A stretch of 64,000 bases of DNA from Octopus vulgaris (GCA_951406725.2 OX597828.1:5146001-5210000); one strand, 5' to 3'; counted from the first letter of the stretch, positions 28,842 to 44,462 are shown. The notes: generated from the letters alone by a model not told the origin. Numbers and translations are program-made.

Positions 28842-28878
<37 letters not shown>

Positions 28879-29651
28879 GAATGTATTACGCCTTATAACA
28901 GAAACAGCTGTAAATTTATAAAGTTCATAGTATAACTGTTTATCCCTTTGTCCCTCCCGATTTCTCATAACCGTTCCCTACTCCACTGACAACTCGTATT
29001 GACGCATATGTACATCGAGTTCTATCACTAGGTTATTAATATTGCAATGCCCAAGCGAAATTCTAATATATACCATATTAAAAAAGAAAGTTTAGAACAT
29101 GTATATACGTATCCTTCTTATGATATAAGAAAATATTAAAGTTATTAAACATATATTTAACAAGTCTTTATATGCATATGTTGAGTAGTATTTTGCGAAG
29201 GATGGCTGTAAGGTATAAGGTTTAAATCTACAGGAGGAATATACCATATTTACTGGCGAATAAATATACCAGAAAATTGCTCTGGGTCTAATCACGGTTA
29301 GGAAGCCGTATGAGCATAAATTCGCTTGGTAAATTAATTGTTATGAATAAGATACAATAAAATATTGGAAGTAAGCCAAAATAACATAAATTTACGAAAA
29401 GTCGGCTAATGTATATCGGCATTTACGTGTTGCGTTTACATCATTTCATTGTATCTCCTCCTGCAGTTTATGCAACTTACACCTGATATGCTTTACATTA
29501 TTTAATGAGTCTTTATGACATTTAAGGAATATTAAACTTTAATCCACCTGTCATTTATTTGTCCGTGAGTCGATGACAACGCGGTGGCATTAAACCGAAA
29601 TTGCGAACTTCCTGCCAAAATCTGAAACCAATACTACGAACTCTTCAAAAA

Positions 29652-29862
29652 GGCGGTGAGCTGGTAGAATCGGTGGCACGTCGGGCACAATCTCTAGCGG
29701 TGTTTCGTCCGTCATTACATCCTGAGTTCAAATTCCGCCGAGGTCGACTTTACCTTTCATCCTTTCAAGTTTGATAAAATGAGTACCAATTGAGCTGTAG
29801 GGTTGGTTCATTCGACTTACCCGCTTCTCCGACGTTGCTGGACTTGTGCTAAAAATTGAAAC
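29652..29862 (+). mobile_element. tRNA-derived SINE, family B
   Basis: GGCGGTGAGCTGGTAGAATCG...GAGTTCAAATTCCGCCGAGGTCGACTTT.CCTTTCATCCTTTC; recurs at least seven times in the window. Confidence 0.85.
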
Positions 29863-30299
29863 CAGTATTACGAACTTATTATTTAAGAAAGTCTGTGAGT
29901 TACAATATTTTTGATCTTATAATTATTCATTTTATAGTTATTTGAGTATTCTATAATATCAGCAATATTAAGTCTTGCAGAAGAGGATAATGTACTCTAT
30001 ATTTATTAAAATACAATGATATTCGGGGTCTGGAGTCTATGTCTTGTCTTATATTTTAAATAAGTTTGTAGGTATTCATTTATTCGGTGTTTCTTTTTTG
30101 CTTTTCTGTGTCTTTTTATTTTTTATTTTTTTTGCACGGACTGCATTAAATAATGTTACGTTCCTTTATACCGTTTTGATATTCTCTTTTCTTTTTCGAG
30201 AATGCTATTTATTTTTAGGTGAAGTATATCGCAAATCTCCTTTGTGGGCCTATCTGGATATGAATTGCTAGATTGCTCAATCTCAGATATGTCAAGCTG

Positions 30300-32330
30300 G
30301 ATTAGATTAATTCTTAATCTACATTTTAAGTTAGAATTTTAACATTTGGATTCTGAGAGTTGTTGCTGTTGTATTCCACCATTTTATAGCGATATTGTAC
30401 ATGTTTTATATTTTTACAGCTTTTAACTTAATACTTACGTTGGTATTCAAACTCTAGAGATTTAATTTCGATAATTTACTTCGTTAGTTTTATTTTAAAA
30501 AAATCTAAATAACTGTAAAATTATTGGCTTCTATCTTAATAATATCAGGTTTTTAACAATGTTTAGTCTTAGATATATTGATAGTTACAGTATTATGCTG
30601 GTTAATTACATTAAATGCTTCCATACTAGTAGTACCATTTTTTCTCGCTTATTTGCAATATTTGTACGTTTGGAGCGTTAAAATGTGCGGTATATTACTG
30701 CGTCTTCTATGTGTGTAGAATTTAGAGTTGTCTCTGTTAATAGATGTAATAAACTGGATCTTACCCTTAAAAACACATTTCACCAGAACATAGTTATTAT
30801 TAAATGTCATTAAGTATTGAGTCGCATAAAGATCGCTTAGATATTTCTAGAAGAAATATTTCTTAGATAATTTCTTATAGTTTTCTTTTATGGTTAGAAT
30901 TTTTGCGTAGTTACTTACGACTTTCAAATCTATATTGAAATCCAGAATATTTACCTTTCTTTCATCCAAACGGAAAGAGCCAGAGAGATAATAATTTTAA
31001 AGAAGTTTACTAGTTTCTGCGTTGTCTCTTTGGGGCTAAACGATTAGTTGTTTATTGTTGATAATGCGTCATCGACATATAAACCCCCATCAAGTTCTGC
31101 GAAATAAGTTTAACGTTCCTATAACAGAAAGAGTTCAACCAAAGTCTGATAACTTGCGCAGAGTCTGATGAGCCCATCAGGTTAGTTTTTCCTGGTGCTG
31201 CTAATTCATAAGTCTCTATTAAGCTGGATTGAAATTTATCTCGCTGAAATCATAATGTTGATAGCTTCTTTCAAATATGCTAGACTTTAGGAGCAAATAT
31301 CAAAGATTTGTGGAGAAGAATTAATAAAATAGAAGCGTAATATTTATTGATATCGACTGTCACTAGTCTAAAATGATATCTATCTTCAAATGCTCTCGCT
31401 AGGAAGTAAACTTGGAAAAACTCTTATGTGCAGGAGGAAGCTGTCTATGGGTATTAACATATGACATAGGTCTGAGCGTATATTTTTTTTTACACGCGAT
31501 GGAAGATTTTTAAAGTTTCACTTTGAAGCCTGAAGGCTTGGAAAGCTCTGACATTTTTCAACAAATTAGTGCATTTGAGGAGATTTGAGAATTTACCTTG
31601 GTGAAACGAAGTTCGCATCTATTTAAGCTATCCTTCGTCTCAGTTGTTGAGGTATTGCCTTCAAACCATCTCTAGTTGCTTTTATTTAGCCTTCTCTCAG
31701 GATGGGAGACAGTGCTCATGATTAGCTGTTTGAGTAAGGTATCCTTAAAACGGTCACCTAGACTGAATGCTTACAAGAAAGTCATCCGCGTTAAAACACT
31801 TGCATTTCCAGGTGGTGATGTTAAAATAGATGACTTAGCTATGGCAATATTTAAACAAATAACACAGCACCGGAACAAGGGCAACGCATACCGTAAGACA
31901 TTTTATACTTCCACTAAAACAAAATCTTGGATTTATACTTCCAAAAACTGTTGGATACTTGAACATCCTTGGAATGTTCCGATGCCGTAACTTACTAAAC
32001 CTGATCTAAATGAGATTATGTAAATCCAAGTCACATAACAAGCATAAGTTTCAAAATCGCTTGAGCGATTATTGCAAAGTGAAATTTTACTTCTCTGCCG
32101 CCAAGAACTTCTATGTTTCCAACACACGATTTTAATTCATATAAATTTTGCATATAAAGCTTTATTGAGGACAACTCCAATGTAGAACCTCTGAACGGCT
32201 TCACTAAGCTGAAGTTTATTATTTGGGATGCATTGCAGTCTTGCATGCTCAACCGTCCGCATATGTACTCAATTATTGTTGTAGCTGGTGGTGAACTTAT
32301 ATAGTAATACCTTGACTAAGATTTTGATAT
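30300..32330 (-). mobile_element. Degraded Penelope-like RT pseudogene
   Basis: Minus strand MGSSDSAQV (31150-31178) and GGLYVDDAL (31065-31092) match the MG..D.A and GLYRDD motifs of PLE RTs. Outer boundaries are approximate. Confidence 0.6.
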
Positions 32331-33128
32331 ATACTCATACAAAATTTAAGGAATTTCGCTTTTCTTTCGCTTTCTTTACAAGGAATGAAACTTCCGAATA
32401 GAAACTCCCTTAATTTAGTTGCCTAATCTCTATCAATACATCATCAGTGAAGTGAATTTCCTAGTGAACTTCACCTTTTCCAGGTCAAAGCGTCGTAGCA
32501 TGTATACACTGACATATATCAATGTAGGTATTAGGTATACTTATGTCTTTAAATTGATGTAATATTTTCCAAATAAGTATAAATTATATACGAAATAGCT
32601 GGAGGTTGCTGCAGTTTAATATAATATGATATCCTGTATATTAGCATACATATAATTTCAGTGAATGCACCAAATAATATGTTAACATCAACGTGTACTA
32701 GAAAGCATTTTATATAAATTACTTCAGATCACGATGTTCTACATAACATCTTCGCCATCTTTGATAAATATGCAATGTGTACGTTTGGAAATACATCGAG
32801 TACAATTATATTTGTTTGATGGCCAGGTTATGTGACATAACTACGCAGTATTCGTTACCAAATAAAGATTGATGAGTTACCTAATGATAGAGAGTTGAAT
32901 CATATGTTACTGCGAAAGTAATTTCCATTTAGGTATTCAGATTAATCTTTAGCTGCGTTTCTTTGCTTAATATCCTTTGCACTGGTAATCTGCTAATTCT
33001 ACAGCAAATATTATCTACTCAAAAATAGAGACTGAACAAAAGTTTCTAACTTCACTAAATTTATAACGCATTTTCAATGAACATGTGTGTGTGTGTGTAT
33101 TTACATATACAGAGATATATATATATAT

Positions 33129-33169
<41 letters not shown>

Positions 33170-33569
33170 AAGAGAGAGAGAGGGAGAGAGGGAGAGAGAG
33201 AGAGAACGTGGTAGTGTGGCAGTAAGCAAGCACAGAAATTATGATTTCTATAGAGAACAGATGAGATCTTAAATTGATATATTCCAAGTATATATGATCG
33301 TTAATAGAATTCATGTTTTATCGTTCTTTTCGCCTTTTGTTTCAAATCCGTATCCCATTAATTATTGCCACAGCTACTATTTCTGACCCAAACATTAACC
33401 ACTCTACATTCAAATTTACATTTATGATTGACCTAAGAAAGTAAACATTTCGTGCTCATCACATTTTAATCGGTGTGAATAAAATATAGTGGTTTAAGTG
33501 TAACCGCATTATTTTATGTATCTGTCTTATTTCCTTCCCTGAATTGTTTTCTCTGGAATTTATTTACTG

Positions 33570-33790
33570 TTGTGATCATCATCATTGTTATGATCATCAT
33601 CATGATAATCACCATCATTATCATCATCATCATCATCCTCATCATCACCATCGTCATCATCATCGTCGTCGTCGTCATTGCTTTTATTATTGACTGGGAG
33701 AGCAGTGCATGCCATCAAAATGACAATTTGGTGTCGAATAAAATATACGAAGCTCAGTATACCCATCATGAATACACGTCTGATAAGGGC
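33570..33790. repeat. (ATC)n microsatellite followed by truncated family C element
   Basis: ATC/GTC runs, then GAGAGCAGTGCATGCCATCAAAATGACA...GTCTGATAAGGG matching 13590-13667. Confidence 0.8.
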
Positions 33791-33990
33791 CGAGGTGAGC
33801 TGGCAGAATTGTTTGTACACCGGGCAAAATGCTAAGCGGCATTTCATGAGTCTTTACGTTATGTGGGCAAAATCCCCCAAGATCGACTTTGACTTTCATC
33901 CTTTCGGAGTGGACTAATTAAGTACGAATTATGTACGAAATAAGTACGAATTGTGCACTGGGATCGATATAATCCACTTACCCCGCACCC
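33790..33990 (+). mobile_element. SINE family B
   Basis: GGTGAGCTGGCAGAATTG...GTCGAC-like...CTTTCATCCTTTCGG. Confidence 0.8.
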
Positions 33991-34014
33991 AATTTCTAAC
34001 TATAGTATTATTTT

Positions 34015-35283
34015 TCTCCCTCATATTAATTTTTTCATCATTTGGAATTGTAAAATCAATTCTCTGACATTTTCTATTCTCTTTATCTAGTACTACTGAA
34101 TTGCGACTTCTAGCTTCTATTACTCTATCATTCTGAATATTAAAGCCCCACGACATCGTATATTTCTTACCGTCTGGTACTTTCCTAGGTTCATATTTAT
34201 ACCATTTATCAGAATATTCAAATCCTAATTTTCTACATAGCTCCCAGTGGTTTACTCTCTCTAGATTGTCATATTCTTTCTTGTATAATTTCTAGGCCGA
34301 CATGCTAAATTATCTTACTATATAAGTAACACTTTCCTCTTTTGATTTGCATAATTTACATTGGGAATCTACTTGGGTTTTGTCTATCTTGGCTTTTATC
34401 CAAGTAGTCCTTAATGGTTGATTTCGTACAGCTACTAACAGACTTTCTGTCTCCCTCTTCAGCTTTCCTTTCTGCAAACTTAACCATGTCTCGCTTTTAC
34501 AATTTTGATGCAACTATCCTTGGAAATGTACCATGCAACGCCTTCTCCTGCTAGTCAGATAATTTCTGTTCTTTTTTCTGGTTTTCAAGTCCGTCTGAGT
34601 TTTTGATATCCCTATGTCTTGCTGTGAATCTAGAAGCTTTTAATAAATTTTCTTCACTATTACCAACATACGAGTCTATATCAACTCTAGCTCCCTCTAC
34701 GCAGTCTTCTACTGATATTAACCCTCTTCCGCTTTCCTTTCAATGTAGGCATGATCTTTCTACTTCTGCCCTTGGATGGAGTCCTCCATTCATATTGAAT
34801 TCCTTCCTACTTCTATCTAGCTTTGCTATTTCAGTTTTTGTCCACCTACAGAAGCTGCTGAGCATCTAAGTAATGATACTGCCCGTGTCTTTACAACCTT
34901 CACTAGATTCGAACAATTTAACTTTGACTTCATTAGCTTCCTCACCTTTCTGATGTATTCGTTTTCAATTTTCGTTTTCATTTCTGTTGTCAGATTCTAA
35001 TACTCCTGTATACTCATAACTCTCTCCTCCTTTCAATGATTTTAATGTCTGGCTATCTGGTTATTGGACACCTTCACTGTTGACTACTTGTCCCCTTCTT
35101 ATGACTAATAATTCACGCTTATCTATGCCAAATTCTATGCCTATATCTTTGCTGAAGAGTCTTACAGTCTGTATTAAGGAATCTATCTCTTTTTCATTCT
35201 TACTAAAAAGCTGCAGATCATCCATGTAAAGTAAATGGTAAATTTTTCCATTACTATTTCTAAACTGATACCCTTCTTTTGCA
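34015..35283 (-). mobile_element. Dong/R4-like non-LTR retrotransposon relic (RT C-half, CCHC region, restriction-like endonuclease)
   Basis: HLLYMDDLQLF...IGIEFGIDK, LKRETESLLVA, CKLCKSKEESVTYI and IEAR...KCQRIDFTIP. The 5' junction abuts (TAA)n/(GAT)n. Confidence 0.85.
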
Positions 35284-35285
35284 TT

Positions 35286-35363
<78 letters not shown>

Positions 35364-35369
35364 CAAATA

Positions 35370-36103
<734 letters not shown>

Positions 36104-38439
36104 CACTAACCTTGCTCTTTTTTACCTGGGTAAAATATCGTTGTCTATGGCCCGGTTTAACAATTAAACTCTGTTGAGTTTATAAAAGATTAGAAAGGAT
36201 TGTTTTTCATGTTTTCATATTGCACGGAATTATTACTAAAAACCATTTGAATGTTTTCATTTATTCATCTTTTTTTTCATATTTATTGGAAAAAAATATT
36301 TTCAAAAACATCTTTCTCGCTAACCGTGATTCAATGCAACATATCGACTAGACAGGTTCCCGCAATGAACAATACATTTGCACAAGCAAAACAGAAAAAT
36401 GAAAACAGCAATTTTAAATGAAAATTCAGCCATTGAAAATATAATGATGTATCTGGTGTTTTTGACACATACAAGAGTTTAGTTAGAGAGTCACGCAACA
36501 GTGACAATGACAATGGCAAAACTCGCAACATAACTTTTCACTCACGCACTCTCATATGCCAAGTAAATCAGGGAGGTCTGAATGCAAGTAGCGTTCTTTT
36601 GGACATATAGTTTTGACAAAAATTGAATTGTAAAAACAGTTTTTTCAAGCTTGGTAAAAAATTAAGTCGACAGTCTTTCGCGCCGAAAGATTGGCCATAC
36701 GTTTTATGCGATTTTTAAAAATGAATTGACACAGATCCTTGTCTATTGAATAACAAATTTAACACTTCTTCATTTTCTACAAATATTCCTTATTCTTGCT
36801 TAACAACGTATCCATTCACACACACACAAACACACACACACGCACACACACACACACACACATACATAAAGTAAAGCATTCTGAAAATGCACATAAATTC
36901 GTCACTGTATTCTCAGTCGACACTGAAAGGGAATAAGATAAAAAAGCACAAACATAACTCAAATACCACATTGGGTTAATAGAACAAACACAACTTTGCA
37001 TACATAATACACTACATGTGTCTTTGACGATCACAGCCTGCCCAGACTCGAAATCTCTTCGATATATAAACAATACATGATGTGTAATAACATGTTCTCC
37101 GTATACCTCTCTTACACACTACTTGTCAACTCAACAAAGATACCAAAATTGAATGACCACTTGTATATGCAAGGGGTAATTTTTTCTTACCAAATTAAGC
37201 TTCAGTTAATACAGAGCCCGTCACCGCCTCAAGACTATGTGGAAACACGCAGACGCATACTCTACGCCAAATATTTTTATTAGAACAATATTTTGTAAAC
37301 AATGTATTTCTCAATCACTTAAAACATTAATAACCCTACTAGTTCTAAGTCCTGTACTGGAATGTCGGGAAGAACGAGCCGAGTTTACGTTCTTTTCGGG
37401 GCACCGAAAAAAATCAATAGGAATACAAACATTAGACTGAGGTTTGGAGACAATGCAATGCCTTGACTGGTACGTCGTATCCTGTACGATTTGTCACTAA
37501 GTGTCGAACTATAGGTAATGTTTTTGTCTGTTAAACACAGACTTGGTATAAACAAAGTCTTTCGGGCGAATACATTTATTACTTGTTCATAGCTAACCAG
37601 GACTTTCACAGAAAGAAGAAAAAGAAAGAATCTAGCCCTTTATCGAATAAAGTAGAACTATGGAATACGTATGTAATACGTATTGTAATATTAATATAAT
37701 AATCAATGTAGGGATTACAACTCCTTTGCAGCCAATGCAATCCTGAATGCTATGACCTATTATTCTTCTCCAACTCCAGTCACATAAGTTAGAATTACGA
37801 AAATTACTCAGGTTACTACACATCAATATATCATCTATCGTAAGTATATAAACCGGTTTACATCAACAACTTTGCATGTGAGAGATAAGATAATAAATAT
37901 CGGACTTCGATGTACAGTATTATTTGGTTAGATCAAATATCGTTATATATAATTTTACCATTCATTCACCTTGTCTTGACAACTTAGGCGCAAGAAGATA
38001 TTTTATTTCAGGTTGTTCCTTTCTGTTAGCAACTGATACATCAATATAATACTTAACACTCTATATAAAACTTGAAAGAGAGTCTTTAGATAAATATTGA
38101 TTCATCTTATTGGCACAAGACCAATCATCTGTAGACGAGTTATATATTGAAATCTGGATATTAAATTGTTAAAAGGTAAGGCAATTCATCATACGTTTTG
38201 AATTAAAAGTATAAGACACTGTAACTGGTTAAAGTATGCCTTGGTCCAGCAGTCTATCATTCTGTCATTCCTACATAGTAAAAATGGTTAATGATAAACT
38301 GCAGAATTGACAGGTGATACTCAAAATATATAGAGGAATTCCATTTATTTGGTACTACAGGTAGCATAAAATGTTAACCACACGTAAATTTCTATGAGGA
38401 TAAACGAATATCATCTTGATTACTTAATCTCGTATGCAA

Positions 38440-38484
38440 GACAACTGTTATTATTCGGTTTTATTATGACCTCATCAGTGCTGC
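38440..38484 (-). ncRNA. Decayed hammerhead motif
   Basis: Minus strand CTGATGA-GGT-CATAATAAA-ACC-GAA-[TAATA]-ACAGTTGTC; an insertion disrupts GAAA. Confidence 0.45.
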
Positions 38485-38677
38485 AAAATTTAAATTGTTT
38501 AAATAATATTTAACCTGATATCAATTACATACGCAAAGAAATGTCTAATCTGTTTTAACAGAGATAGATTATGAAGAGAATTGAAAAAGCGGACATAATT
38601 TTTAAGCAGTTCCAGGGACAACTTTACGCATGCTTTAGTTCTTATTAGGGAACACATGCTGGGAGATAGAGACAGAC

Positions 38678-38814
<137 letters not shown>

Positions 38815-38827
38815 CAGACGGATAGAT

Positions 38828-41128
38828 ATGTTTCTTTATTAGCCACACAGGGCTGCACACAGATAGAACAAATTACAAGGTAGAGCTTTTCTTTTGGGGG
38901 TAAAAAAAGGAGAGTGGTGGTTTTCGATCAAAAGGGATCGTAAAAGGAAAGAAAAAGGACAAAAAAAAGGGGAGGGGTTAAAAAAAGGGGGAGGGGAGAA
39001 AAAAAATGAATAATAGGGATCGTTATCACAGAAATGTCAATATGAAGTGTAAAGGGGAGGACAGGTGAGGTTTACCCGTGGAAAGAAAAGCCTACGGAAA
39101 AGACCACGGTAACCTCGGTCAATGAAGTCACATGTTATATTTTTTTTTTTTTTTTTTTTTTTTGCAAATAAGCAACTCTCTGTATTAATTTTTATGGTTC
39201 ATAGAATCATAGTCAAGGTGGCTTCGTTATTCATACGTGCCATCCTTGCTACATTCACCCATCTTTTTTTAAAACATTCACTAGACAAAACTTGCCTCTC
39301 TACTCTCACTTTCCTCTTCAAGTGATACTTGAAGAAGTTGATGAGAGATTGACCAGAGAGGAAAGTGTTTGTCTCTAATCCTTTCAGGCGCGTCCACCAG
39401 ATACATTCTTTCGCCATAGCCACAAGTATGATAAAAATAGCTCTTCCTTCCCGTTTGAAGGAAGGAGGCGTGACGATATTAACGATAGACTCGGCTGATA
39501 AACCGACACGTCCCACACGTGACAGCAGTCGTTCGACATAAGCCCACAGGTCGGAAATTGCTGGACACTGCACGATTGCGTGCAGAGCGGTTTCGTCGCT
39601 CTGACCGCATCTCGGGCAGGTCGGCCCCGTGTTTCTCGAGCCATGCCTATAGAGCTTATCCCGAACGGGTAGCGCTTCTCGGTAGCACCGCCAGGCCAGG
39701 GATCTCTGGAAGTTGTCCATAGGTCCCGGGCCGAAAGTCGTTTGAAACAGGCGGGTCAGGTATTCCTCGTCGACGCCCAGGTGTGCCCCGAGCTCGTCGT
39801 CGTACCTCCCCTCCACTAATCCCCTATAGAATGCTTTGGTTGTGTTGAAGTCACTCAAGGTCGACCCGGGACGGCAGAGTTGCTTGAGAGCAACGCGACA
39901 CTCGCGGTGCCAATCGCCCTTCCTCGGCCTCTTTTTGATCCACGACTGTAGTTCGGTCATGGAGACGAGTTGCGGGAATGCGTGCCTCACAAACGGCGAC
40001 CACACCTGTTCACCGTCGTCTACATAGAGCCGGAGATGTCGCAGTCTCAGCGCGTGTCTGCGCATCATCAACCACGGCATGCCCAGCCCTCCTTTTAACG
40101 GGTGTTGACAGCAAATGGATCGCCTGACCATCGGGACGCATCCTTTCCACAAGAAGCGGAAGAGAATGCGTTCTAGTTTGGTGATGGTAGGGTCGGGACA
40201 AGGTACGACGGTCAGGCGGTAGTAGATGATGGACGCGATGTACGCGTTCACCACCTCCGCCCGACCTTTTAGGGACAGTTTCCTCTCGGCCCATTGCTGG
40301 GCGAGAGTGACCACCCTACTCGTTATCTCGTTCCAGTTCTTCTCCATTTGGAGGTCCGGACCGAACCAGACCCCGAGCAACTCAACCGGGCCGTCTGTCC
40401 AGCGTCCCACGACGGAGGTACTGGTGGACGGCATGGGCTTGCTTCTCCAGGTGCCGAGCCGCAAGCCCACTGACTTTTCCCGGTTGATTTTTGCTCCTGT
40501 CACCGCTTCGTAGTCTTTCAGTGTCTCGCCGACCCGCTCGATGTGCTCGTGGCTTGACACTATGACGGTGACGTCGTCCGCGTATGCAGACACGCTCGTC
40601 CCGCATCCTAATTCTCGCGGGATGCCCCTCAGAGTCGCCAGCTTCCGCAGTAGTGGCTCAAGAGTCAATACGTATAGAAGCGCCGAGAGGGGGCATCCCT
40701 GACGGACCGAACGTGCAATGTCGAAGGGTCTCGATAGATGTCCATTTACGCGAATTACCGAACGGATGCCTCTGTACAAGGCAGCTATCCAGCCGCGGAA
40801 GACAGGACCGAAACCAGCCGCTCTCAGGACCGCCTCCAAGTATCCTACCCTATCAAAGGCTTTCGATTGATCCAAGTTGATCAGGACCCCACCCATGCCA
40901 GGTTTGTTAACTACCCTGTCTATCATGTAGCGCATCAGATGGAGGTTGTCATGGATGCTCCGGCCCGGCACAGCGCACGTTTGTGCGTTGTCGACCAGTT
41001 TCTCCATGACAAGCGCCAACCTCTTGGCTAACACCTTTGTCAAAATTTTCAGGTCTGCATTGAGCAGAGTGATTGGCCTAAAGTTATCTATAATGTTTCC
41101 CTTGTTTGGATCTTTCTTCAGCAGAGTT
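38828..41128 (-). mobile_element. Young 5'-truncated L1/Tx1-clade LINE inserted in a (GATA)n array
   Basis: GC- and CpG-rich open ORF2, about 370 bp 3' UTR ending AATAAAGAAACAT. Both ends join (TATC)n directly. Confidence 0.92.
39199..41043 (-). CDS. LINE ORF2 fragment: reverse transcriptase plus C-terminal zinc finger (endonuclease lost by truncation)
   Basis: 614 aa ORF with LDQSKAFDRV, VRQGCPLS, YADD, GGLG and CPRC...H....C. The frame continues upstream (NFRPITLLNADLKIL) to the junction near 41128, so there is no true start codon. Confidence 0.9.
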   Translation of the reverse strand: MTKVLAKRLALVMEKLVDNAQTCAVPGRSIHDNLHLMRYMIDRVVNKPGMGGVLINLDQSKAFDRVGYLEAVLRAAGFGPVFRGWIAALYRGIRSVIRVNGHLSRPFDIARSVRQGCPLSALLYVLTLEPLLRKLATLRGIPRELGCGTSVSAYADDVTVIVSSHEHIERVGETLKDYEAVTGAKINREKSVGLRLGTWRSKPMPSTSTSVVGRWTDGPVELLGVWFGPDLQMEKNWNEITSRVVTLAQQWAERKLSLKGRAEVVNAYIASIIYYRLTVVPCPDPTITKLERILFRFLWKGCVPMVRRSICCQHPLKGGLGMPWLMMRRHALRLRHLRLYVDDGEQVWSPFVRHAFPQLVSMTELQSWIKKRPRKGDWHRECRVALKQLCRPGSTLSDFNTTKAFYRGLVEGRYDDELGAHLGVDEEYLTRLFQTTFGPGPMDNFQRSLAWRCYREALPVRDKLYRHGSRNTGPTCPRCGQSDETALHAIVQCPAISDLWAYVERLLSRVGRVGLSAESIVNIVTPPSFKREGRAIFIILVAMAKECIWWTRLKGLETNTFLSGQSLINFFKYHLKRKVRVERQVLSSECFKKRWVNVARMARMNNEATLTMIL

Positions 41129-41130
41129 GG

Positions 41131-41762
<632 letters not shown>

Positions 41763-41939
41763 AGGCTGGTTGAAGAGAGAATCGAATGAACAAACTCATC
41801 TTCTGAAGAAGGAAGGCTGGGAAAATTGAACCGCAGCAGCCCCTCCCTCCGTGTTTGTTCTGTGCCAGTCTGCATAGTTTTGCTAAACTTATACTACTTG
41901 CTAAGTCTGATTTTAGGCCTTCCTCATTTTTTTTTGCCA

Positions 41940-42700
41940 TACCCTACATCTGTTAAAAGAAAGCTCTCAAGTTTGTGTCTTCTAAATACATGACCAAGGA
42001 AGGCCCATTTTCTTTTTATGCTAGAATTTAACAACCTCTCCGGGCAATTTACGTTGCGAAGGACCAGTTCATTAGTTCTTTCATTTGTCCAGTTTATTCT
42101 GAGACTGCGTCTAGAACACCATTGTTCAAATACTTCTATTTGTTATATTTTATCGATATTCTTTATAGAGCAACATTCAGCTTCAGAATTGGCTATGCTT
42201 AATATCAATGAATTGAGTTCTATTTTGCTCGCAATGAGATGGCCTTGTTCTTTCATATGCTGATCAGTACTACAATGCCGGGCCTTCTCTTGATTTCGTG
42301 AGTGTCATTATAGTCTCAGCAGAAAGATTAGCAAAGTACAGAAATTCTTTTACGTTTTGGATATAGTCATTATTTTTTATGTAATCTTGCTCACAGTTTC
42401 TATTACTTTTAGTTACTTACATTACTTTTATTATTTGGGGTTTAGATGAAGCCCAATTTGAGTACTTGCGTCATTTACACTGTTAACTTCATCATGTAGT
42501 TCTTGCATGCTGTTGGCTATGAAGACTACATCGTCTGCATACTTGAGATTTGTGATGACCTTGTCCATTAACTTTGTGAAACCATACAGTGTCTCTCTTA
42601 TTATTACCTAGGAATATGTATTAAAAAAAAGTGCAGAGTAACGATTTAGCTCCAGCGGACACCTTGTTCAGTGTCAAACAAGTAAAATGGTCCATCTTTA
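41940..42700 (-). mobile_element. RTE-like LINE RT relic
   Basis: Minus strand NLKYADDVVFIANSMQEL...IGLHLN at about 42440-42555. Confidence 0.7.
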
Positions 42701-42817
42701 CGTTGCTTTGCCTTCAGCATTTAAAGGTCGATACATAAATATCAGTTAAGTTTTAGGCTAGATGTAAGCGACTAGCCTCCTCCTCCAAAATTTCGGGGCT
42801 TCTGCTTATAGTAGAAA

Positions 42818-43325
42818 TTGGCGAGCAGGCAGAAACTTTAGCTTGCCAGGCAGGATGGTTAGTGGTATTTCGTCCTACGTTCAAATTCTGCCGAGGTCGG
42901 CTTGGCCTCTTATCCTTTCGGGGTCGATAAATTAAGTACCAGTAAAACATTGAGGTCGGTGAAATCGACTAACCCCTTCCCAACAAATTTTCAGGCTCTG
43001 TGTCTTTGGCGGAAAGGATTATTGTTATTGCTGTTGTTACTGTTGTTAAATCGGCAAACTGGCAGAATCATTAGCATGCCGGGCAAACTGCTTAGCGACA
43101 TTTAGTCTGTCTTAACGTTCTGAGTTCAAATTCCGACGAGGTCAACTTTGCCTTTCATCCTTTCGGGGTAAATAAAATTAGTACCAGTTACCTATTGGGG
43201 GTGAATGTAATCGACTATCCTCAATTTCAGGCCTTGTGCTTATAGTTAATAATATTAGTCGATGAGCGGGCAAAAGAAAACGCTTTGTAGCATTTCGTTC
43301 TGTGCTCAAATTCCGCTGAGTTTGT
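42818..43325 (+). mobile_element. Tandem cluster of SINE family B copies (42818-43020, 43052-43245, fragment near 43260-43325)
   Basis: Repeated TTCAAATTC.G.CGAGGTC...ATCCTTTCGGGGT motifs. Confidence 0.85.
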
Positions 43326-43358
43326 CTTTGTCTTTAGTCATCTCCAAACCAATAAAAC

Positions 43359-43425
<67 letters not shown>

Positions 43426-44165
43426 TGGGACTCGACTCGTGACCGAATAAGGCCACATCCGAAAAGATAACTTCACTCTACAATCCACGAAACGTAACAT
43501 CTTGTCTTCCTCATCATTTATAACCTCTCATTAAAGCTCCTTATGCCTTCAAGGAACTTACAAGATATTCACACCGATCAAAGAGCAACCACTTAGTAGC
43601 AACTCCACCAGTTGGATGTTGGAGCTTACTATATTAATTCAGACCATCACGCACATGTCATTAATATATAAAATAGAGTATAATATAATATTGTTTTATC
43701 CTTTTAATAATCTGAAGTGCGACATAATGCACATACAACATACATACAGACATACATACATACATACATACATACATACAAACACACATACATACATACA
43801 CACATACATACATACATACATACATACATACATACATACATACATACATACATACATACATACATACATACATACATACACACATGCATACATACATACA
43901 CACAAACATGCATACATACATACATATATACATACATACACACATACATACATACATCATTTTTGTTCATTTTCTATTGCTAGACAAAGGCGTCAGCATG
44001 TTCCATCCACCAACGACGGTCTCGTGTTTTCTCATCCATATTTGGGTGGCGAAGAATTTTTAACAATCCTCATTCCAACGTCTTTTTATTCTGGGCGTGA
44101 TGTCCAGTGTGTCAATCTGATATTCCATGTAATATAATATAATATAATATATATATATGTATGCA

Positions 44166-44202
<37 letters not shown>

Positions 44203-44215
44203 CTATACATGCATG

Positions 44216-44257
<42 letters not shown>

Positions 44258-44289
44258 CATGCATATGTATATATCTATGTATGTGTCTT

Positions 44290-44462
44290 TGTGTCTGTGT
44301 TTGTCACACACCACCGCTTGATAACCAATGGTGGTGTGTTTACGTCCTCGTAACTTATTGGTTCGGCAAATGAGCCCGATGCAGTAAATACCAGGCTTTA
44401 AAACCCTTGAAGGTAGTGCTCCTTCATGGCTGCATTCAAATGATTGAAACAAAAGATAAAAG
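44290..44462 (+). mobile_element. SINE family A, 3' half
   Basis: GTGTCTGTGTTTGTC...GGTGTGTTTACGTCC...GGTTCGGCAAA...AAATGATTGAAAC. Confidence 0.75.

Noticed and set aside
28895-28915. GAAACAGCTGTA half-motif (similar one at 161-172)
   Set aside because: Only the 3' half of an HHR; too incomplete to call.
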